In this document: piece by piece, positions 32,042 through 37,317 of the stretch
Numbering within the stretch: position 1 is the stretch's first letter
Layout: each line of letters starts with the position of its first letter
From: a virus
DNA length: 37,317 nt
IMG/VR virus record: IMGVR_UViG_3300042902_000028
Coordinates: 1-37,317 of that record
Strand: one strand, 5' to 3'
Notes under the pieces: generated by a model
Told to the model about the DNA's origin: nothing
Seen by the model: only the letters and a program-made list of their open reading frames with translations
Databases searched by the model: none
Translations under genes and position numbers: made by a program

Positions 32042-33694
32042 ATGGGATTAAAAGACAAAGGTACGCTACTATACAAGACAAACTGTACTGAGTGTGGCTC
32101 TAGTGATGCGAATCAGGTCTATGGTCACGAAGATGGTACAACAGATACTTATTGCTTTGCTTGCCAAGCGTATGGTTTTAGTGATACAATAGTAAAACAT
32201 AAACAGGAGGATGATAAAGTGGAAATGAAAGATATAGATAGCCTACCCAGCCTTGGTATCCGTGGTGTAAAAGATGCGGTAGCAGGTTTGTTCGGTGTTA
32301 AGGTGGGCTTTAGTCCTAATGATGGAAAGACAATCATTAAGCAATTTTACCCAAGCACTAAAGAAGGACAGGTTGTAGGTTATAACGAACGTAACGTGCT
32401 GAATAAGGGGTTTTTAGGGGTTGGGGATAGGAAAGGTAGCTTAGAGCTATTTGGGCAGGCTATAGCGAAGCGTAATGGGTATAAAAAGCTATTCATTACT
32501 GAGGGTGAGCTTGATGCAATGAGTTTATATCAAGTAATGGTGGAGAATACACCTGATAAGTATAAAGAGTATAAACCTAGTGTAGTATCTTTTACCAGAG
32601 GGGCAACAGCAGGTCTGAAAGACCTTATTAATAATAGGGCATTCATAGACAAGTATGAAGAAGTTACACTAGTATTAGATAATGATGAAGCAGGAAAGCA
32701 GGCGCAAAGTGAGATACTCAAAACCTTTCACCACTTCAAGGTGGCAGAGTTACCAATGAAAGATGCTAATGCTATGCTGGAGGCTGGTAAGGGTAAGGAG
32801 TTGTATAATGCTTGCATGTGGAACGCAAAGCATGTACGGCAGGGTGAGGTAGTACAGGTAGATGACATACTAATTGAGAAAGCACTAGAAAGACCGCAGT
32901 TTGGTATTAGTAGTCCTTGGGCTAGCTTAGATAAACTAACGTATGGCATCAGACCACATACAATAACAGTACTGGGTGCAGCACCAAAACAGGGAAAAAG
33001 TGAGTTTAAGAACCAGCTTATACACCATTTAGCGATAATACACGAAAGACCAGTTGGAATATTTGACTTAGAAGTACATCCCGTTAAAACATTGAAACAG
33101 GTCGCATCTAAAGAAGCTAAGTTAAACTTCCTTAGACCTGACGTGGAATATAAAGATGAGTTACTAAAAGAGACTTTAGGAAAGTTTAAAGGCAAGTTAC
33201 ATTTATATGACAGGTCTGGGAGTAGAGACTGGGCAGATATTAGGGTTGCTATAGAAGAAATGTACTTATTAGATGGTGTTAGAGAGTTCTTCCTTGACCC
33301 GCTAACAGCTTTAATTAGCCGATATAGTAGTAGTGAAGCCAATGACAAACTAAATGAGATAATGACTGATGTAGCTGACCTAGTAAATAAGTATCCTATC
33401 TCAATCTTCTGCTTCTCACATATTAATGGTAAACCAAAAGGAGCTAAACAACACGAGCAAGGCGCTAAGGTACTGTCTAGTGAGTTTACGGGCAGTCGTA
33501 GCTTAGAGAAGTGGTCAAATCTAGGGTTGGCAATAGAGCGGGATAGAAGTGATGACTGCCCTATTGAAGATAGAAATAAATCTAAGGTTGTGATACTCTA
33601 CGATAGAGATTGGGGCAACTATGGGAGTGTTGATATGTTTTATGACGTTAATACTACAGAATATTTAGAGCCAAGCAATAGGTGGGGCAGATGA
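32042..33694 (+). CDS. Bifunctional primase-helicase (T7 gp4-like)
   Basis: N-terminal Cys4 zinc finger (CTECG..CFACQ). TOPRIM residues ITEGELDAMS and VLDNDEAGKQA. Helicase Walker A GAAPKQGKSEF. Confidence 0.85.
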   Translation: MGLKDKGTLLYKTNCTECGSSDANQVYGHEDGTTDTYCFACQAYGFSDTIVKHKQEDDKVEMKDIDSLPSLGIRGVKDAVAGLFGVKVGFSPNDGKTIIKQFYPSTKEGQVVGYNERNVLNKGFLGVGDRKGSLELFGQAIAKRNGYKKLFITEGELDAMSLYQVMVENTPDKYKEYKPSVVSFTRGATAGLKDLINNRAFIDKYEEVTLVLDNDEAGKQAQSEILKTFHHFKVAELPMKDANAMLEAGKGKELYNACMWNAKHVRQGEVVQVDDILIEKALERPQFGISSPWASLDKLTYGIRPHTITVLGAAPKQGKSEFKNQLIHHLAIIHERPVGIFDLEVHPVKTLKQVASKEAKLNFLRPDVEYKDELLKETLGKFKGKLHLYDRSGSRDWADIRVAIEEMYLLDGVREFFLDPLTALISRYSSSEANDKLNEIMTDVADLVNKYPISIFCFSHINGKPKGAKQHEQGAKVLSSEFTGSRSLEKWSNLGLAIERDRSDDCPIEDRNKSKVVILYDRDWGNYGSVDMFYDVNTTEYLEPSNRWGR

Positions 33695-34164
33695 TTACAC
33701 AAGAAAGATTGAAAGAGCAACTTCATTATAACAAGGAAAGCGGAGTGTTTAGGTGGGATTGCTGTAAGTCTGGGGTAATTAAAGGCAAGGTTGCGGGAAG
33801 GCTTAATAATAAAGGTTATTCACAGATTATGATTGATGGTGTTAGATACATGTCTCATAGATTAGCTTGGCTATATGAGTTTGGAGAACACCCAAAAGAA
33901 TTTTTAGACCACCTTAATCACATTAGGACTGACAATAGGATTGTAAACCTAAGGGCAGTATCTCACAGGGAGAATATGAAGAACCAAGTAGTTAGAGCAA
34001 CTAATAAAACTGGAGTAACAGGTGTTAGAGTGAATAAAAAAGGTAGGTTTTTAGTTGATATACAAAACAACTATTATGGGACTTTTGATAACTTAGAGTT
34101 TGCAACTCTTGTGGCATCAGAGGTTTATGATAAGCTAAATTACCATTCTAATCACGGGAGTTAA
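33691..34164 (+). CDS. HNH (HNH_3) homing endonuclease with AP2-type DNA-binding domain
   Basis: LDHLNHIRTDNRIVNLRAVSHRENMKN (HNH_3 core) followed by GVTGVRVNKKGRFLV (AP2-like). ATGA overlap with the primase-helicase stop. Confidence 0.75.
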   Translation: MITQERLKEQLHYNKESGVFRWDCCKSGVIKGKVAGRLNNKGYSQIMIDGVRYMSHRLAWLYEFGEHPKEFLDHLNHIRTDNRIVNLRAVSHRENMKNQVVRATNKTGVTGVRVNKKGRFLVDIQNNYYGTFDNLEFATLVASEVYDKLNYHSNHGS

Positions 34165-34166
34165 TT

Positions 34167-36014
34167 ATGGAAGAGTTAATAGCGGACATCGAAACGGACG
34201 GAATAAATCCAACTAAAATACATTGTATTGTAGATAGTAATGGTTTTGAGTCTACAAGTTACACTGAAATGAGGGGTTGGGTTAGTGATAAAGATGAGAG
34301 CACGCTATTAATTGGACATAATTTTGTTGCTTATGATTCAGTTGTAATTAACAAGTTACTAGGGACTCCAGTAAAAGCAGAGTTAGTTGATACTTTATAC
34401 CTCAGCTGGTATCTCTTCCCACGGAGGGTTAAGCATAACTTAGAGTCTTGGGGAGAAGATTTTGGAGTACCAAAACCTAAAATAGAAGACTGGAACAACC
34501 TAACTCCTACTCAGTATTTACATCGCTGTAGGGAGGATGTTCGTATAAACAAGATGCTTTGGGAGTTACAAAAGAAATACTTAATAGATATTTATGGTAG
34601 TTTAGAAGAAGCACTTCCTCTTATCCGTTACCTAACATTTAAGGCAGATTGCGCTAGGCTACAAGAGGAAACAAAGTGGAAATTAGATGTACCTAAAGCG
34701 TCACAATTACACACTACTTTTTGTGACAAACAAGACCTTGCAAAAGATACGTTACAGTCAGTAATGCCTAAGGTTAAGAAGTACACAAAGAAGACTAGAC
34801 CTGCTAAGCCTTATAAGATTGATGGTACACTATCAGCTACAGGATTGAAGTGGCAAGCATTGACAATGGAAGGTAATTTATCATTTGATTATGAGGGAAC
34901 ACTAGAAGTATTTCATAGCTTACAAGAACCTAATGCAGGAAGTAGCAAACAGATTAAGGATTGGCTATACGATTTAGGGTGGCAACCAGCTACCTATAAA
35001 TTTATAAAAGAGGAGTTTAGTGAAAGAAAGATTCCACAGATTAAGACAGCAGATGGTGATTTGTGTCCCTCTATAGAGCGTATGGTAGCCAAGAATCCAG
35101 AGTTAGCTAGTCTAGCAGAGCTTGGGGTATTAGGACACCGTATAGGCATCGTTAAGGGCTTTCTAGATGCAGAAGTAGACGGTTATGTAGTAGCTGGTAT
35201 ACAAGGCTTAACTAATACCCTTAGATTTAAACATAGAACATGTGTTAATATACCTTCTAGCCGTAAGCCGTATGGTAGTGAGATTAGGGAGTTACTTACA
35301 GCAGAAGAAGGTTATGAGCTATGTGGTAGTGATATGTGTAGCTTAGAAGATAGAACAAAGCAACATTATATGTTTCCATATGACCCTGAGTATGTAGAGG
35401 AAATGAATGTAGAAGGTTGGGATGCCCATTTAGATATTGCAGTACAAGCTAGTATGATGACAGAGTTAAATGCTCTTAGTTACAAGCAAGGTAATAAGAC
35501 AGATGAGCTTAGTTTGATTAGATACAATGCAAAAACTGCAAATTATTCATGCACCTATGGCGCTTTTCCTAAGACAATAGCTAGACAGGCAGGTATGAGT
35601 TTAGAAGAAGCCACCAAGCTAAGAGAAACATATTGGGAGCGTAATTGGTCTATACTAGAGATAGCTAAGAATGTAGTCACTAAGGTTGTACAAGGGGTTA
35701 TGTGGTTATACAATCCAGTATCAGAGTTATGGTACTACCTTAAGACAGAGAAAGATAAGTTTAGTACCCTTAATCAAGGTACAGCATCATTTTTATTTGA
35801 CATGTGGGTAAAGGAGATTAGAACAAGACAACCTAAGATTAAGTTGGTAGCAAACTTCCATGATGAGGTTGTGTTAGCAGTTAAGGTGGGTTATAGAGAC
35901 AAAGTAACAAAGTTATTAAAAGACTCTGTTCAACAAGTAAATGCTACATATAAACTGAATAGAGATTTAGACGTAGATGTAGATTATGGGGAGAACTACA
36001 GTGAGGTGCATTAA
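34167..36014 (+). CDS. Family A DNA polymerase with 3'-5' exonuclease domain (T7 gp5-like)
   Basis: Exo I ADIETDG and Exo II GHNFVAYDSVV. Pol motif A GSDMCSLEDR, motif B RYNAKTANYSCTYG, motif C ANFHDEVV. Confidence 0.85.
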   Translation: MEELIADIETDGINPTKIHCIVDSNGFESTSYTEMRGWVSDKDESTLLIGHNFVAYDSVVINKLLGTPVKAELVDTLYLSWYLFPRRVKHNLESWGEDFGVPKPKIEDWNNLTPTQYLHRCREDVRINKMLWELQKKYLIDIYGSLEEALPLIRYLTFKADCARLQEETKWKLDVPKASQLHTTFCDKQDLAKDTLQSVMPKVKKYTKKTRPAKPYKIDGTLSATGLKWQALTMEGNLSFDYEGTLEVFHSLQEPNAGSSKQIKDWLYDLGWQPATYKFIKEEFSERKIPQIKTADGDLCPSIERMVAKNPELASLAELGVLGHRIGIVKGFLDAEVDGYVVAGIQGLTNTLRFKHRTCVNIPSSRKPYGSEIRELLTAEEGYELCGSDMCSLEDRTKQHYMFPYDPEYVEEMNVEGWDAHLDIAVQASMMTELNALSYKQGNKTDELSLIRYNAKTANYSCTYGAFPKTIARQAGMSLEEATKLRETYWERNWSILEIAKNVVTKVVQGVMWLYNPVSELWYYLKTEKDKFSTLNQGTASFLFDMWVKEIRTRQPKIKLVANFHDEVVLAVKVGYRDKVTKLLKDSVQQVNATYKLNRDLDVDVDYGENYSEVH

Positions 36015-36021
36015 TGAAGTA

Positions 36022-36465
36022 ATGTTAGAGTATTATAAATATGATAGTAAAACTGGTAAATGTGGGGGTTAAAATGGAAACAAGCAACATAAGCATAACC
36101 AAGGGTACTATAATCTATGGAAAGATGTACAAGGTGAGAGATATAGGATGTACGCACATAGGTTTGCATTCCTATACATGACTGGAAGTATTCCAGAAGA
36201 GATTGACCACATTGATGGTGATGGTGGTAACAACATTTGGTCTAATTTAAGGGTTGCAACTAAATCTCAGAATGTTATGAACAGACCAAACTGGGGTAAG
36301 TTTCCAAAGGGTATATCACAACGAAGGGTTAGTGATGGTTATAGAGTTAGGGTACAGGCACATGGTAATCAGGTTTTTGATGAGACGTTTGAGGAACTGG
36401 AGTTTGCAGAGCTAGTTTCTATAGAAGCTAGGGAGAAGTACCACAAAGAGTTTAAGCGCAATTAA
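36022..36465 (+). pseudogene. Second HNH_3/AP2 endonuclease, interrupted by an in-frame TAA at codon 17
   Basis: Hand translation gives MLEYYKYDSKTGKCGG*NGNKQHKHNQGYYNLWKDVQGERYRMYAHRFAFLYMTGSIPEEIDHIDGDGGNN..LRVATKSQNVMN..GYRVRV. It is collinear with the 33691 paralog. The TAA is at 36070-36072. An internal ATG at 36148 could yield a truncated product. Confidence 0.65.
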
Positions 36466-36473
36466 AATAAACC

Positions 36474-36502
36474 TTTACAAACATCCTAGAGTATGTTATA
36501 AT
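36474..36502 (+). promoter_or_regulatory. Sigma70 promoter (extended -10) with an overlapping inverted repeat
   Basis: TTTACA, a 17-nt spacer ending in TGt, then TATAAT. CTAGAGTAT..ACACTCTAG (36486-36509) brackets the -10. Confidence 0.7.
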
Positions 36503-36554
36503 ACACTCTAGTATTTATTACTAACAAACAATAAACAATATAGGAATTAACAAC

Positions 36555-37142
36555 ATGGCTATTAAACGACAAGCACCAGCACAAGAAAGCAACAACAACA
36601 ATGTATTACCTGTGGGTGAATACGAAGGTCGTCTGGCTTATGTAGCTGATTTAGGTTTACTTAAACGAGAGTACAATGGAGAAGTTAAACCACCAGCACA
36701 GCAGATTGCATTAGGTATTGAGATTCTAGGACATACACGTACTTTTGAGGAAGTAGAATCACCATTGATTTTATGGAACAATGGTTTTAATATCTTCTCT
36801 ACTCTAAACAACTTAGGTACAGAGTTAAAGTTATACAAGGTCTTTGCTCCAAACGCTAAGGAAGGTGAAGTAGCAGATTGGGATGCAGTATTAGGTATGC
36901 CTTGTAATGTTACAGTCATTCATAATGCAAGTGGAGAGTATGCTAACATTGATAACCTACAACCCATCCCAACTAAGTACCAGAAGGACGTAGAACCAAT
37001 GGCAACATCTGATGCATGTACAGGAGATATCGGTGATGAGAATAACCCTGCACAGAAAGCTCTATATGGCTTACCACGCTGGAAGATTGAGAACCTTGGT
37101 GTAGGTAGTGACACTACTAATGATGATGCTGATTACACATAA
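36555..37142 (+). CDS. Putative ssDNA-binding protein (gp2.5/DUF669-like)
   Basis: 195 aa. The N-terminal LPVGEYEGRLAYVADLG resembles the DUF669 opening. Acidic C-terminal tail TTNDDADYT. Lies between the polymerase and exonuclease genes on the circular map. Confidence 0.45.
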   Translation: MAIKRQAPAQESNNNNVLPVGEYEGRLAYVADLGLLKREYNGEVKPPAQQIALGIEILGHTRTFEEVESPLILWNNGFNIFSTLNNLGTELKLYKVFAPNAKEGEVADWDAVLGMPCNVTVIHNASGEYANIDNLQPIPTKYQKDVEPMATSDACTGDIGDENNPAQKALYGLPRWKIENLGVGSDTTNDDADYT

Positions 37143-37190
37143 TAGACTAGCGGTTGTATATCACGATAAACTAATAGAGAGCGCAGGGAA

Positions 37191-37317
37191 GCGCATTGAG
37201 GGAGATAGGAGATGATAAAGCTAAAGGCACTAATTGATTTAGATCCTATAGTGTATCGAATAGGGTTTGCTTGTCAGGCAAAAGATGAGGATGGAAATGT
37301 AAAAGCAGAACCAATCT
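37191..37317. repeat. Terminal overlap, copy 2 (identical to 1-127)
   Basis: Exact 127-nt identity. 37212-37317 simply duplicates the first 106 nt of the exonuclease gene. Confidence 0.95.

Noticed and set aside
32728-33348. 206-aa - strand ORF antisense to the primase-helicase gene
   Set aside because: It is antisense to a gene with clear zinc-finger, TOPRIM and Walker motifs. Its composition is Ser/Leu/Cys-rich and shadow-like, and it has no start context.
37191-37317. A genuine T7-style direct terminal repeat
   Set aside because: The repeat boundary lies inside a coding sequence, and its length equals a common assembler k-mer. I treat it as circularisation overlap unless read termini say otherwise.
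1-37317. Integrase/lysogeny module, tRNA genes, CRISPR arrays
   Set aside because: I recognised no recombinase-like ORF, no cloverleaf-compatible ~75-nt segment in the intergenic regions, and no repeat-spacer periodicity. This was by eye only, so tRNAscan-SE or ARAGORN should confirm.

Overview
This window appears to be a complete, circularly closed genome of a lytic tailed phage. Bases 1-127 are repeated exactly at 37191-37317, so the unique length is 37,190 bp.

The + strand carries an early module of small unknown genes (about 26.5-30.2 kb), each cluster behind a near-consensus host sigma70 promoter. It also carries a T7-like replication and nucleotide-metabolism module:
- ThyX
- a beta-class DNA methyltransferase
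- gp4-like primase-helicase
- family A DNA polymerase
- an SSB-like protein
- 5'-3' exonuclease
- endonuclease I
- a metallophosphoesterase
- DUF3310
- NrdB and NrdA

The - strand (25.8 kb down to 6.7 kb) carries the late operon:
- TerS-like protein and TerL
- portal
- a DUF2829 protein
- scaffold and major capsid
- adaptor/tubular proteins
- fibre proteins
- large Gly/Gln-rich putative ejection proteins
- an SGNH/SASA esterase
- holin and a T4-type lysozyme

I saw no phage RNA polymerase, integrase, tRNA or CRISPR array.

The most interesting items are:
1. The 0.7-kb divergent control region (25793-26504). It has two tandem perfect DnaA boxes, helically phased CTTAG..TTCC repeats, GAATTC-centred palindromes and a sigma54-like element.
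2. A tail gene whose first ~155 codons are open but contain no ATG/GTG/TTG, directly abutting an Endo VII-type HNH gene.
3. Four HNH nucleases in total, one of them interrupted by a nonsense codon.
4. A DUF2829 (Tad2-family-like) protein inside the head module.
5. A near-consensus promoter pointing antisense into the late operon.
6. Strongly acidic early proteins.

All functional calls come from motifs recognised by eye. No database search was run.
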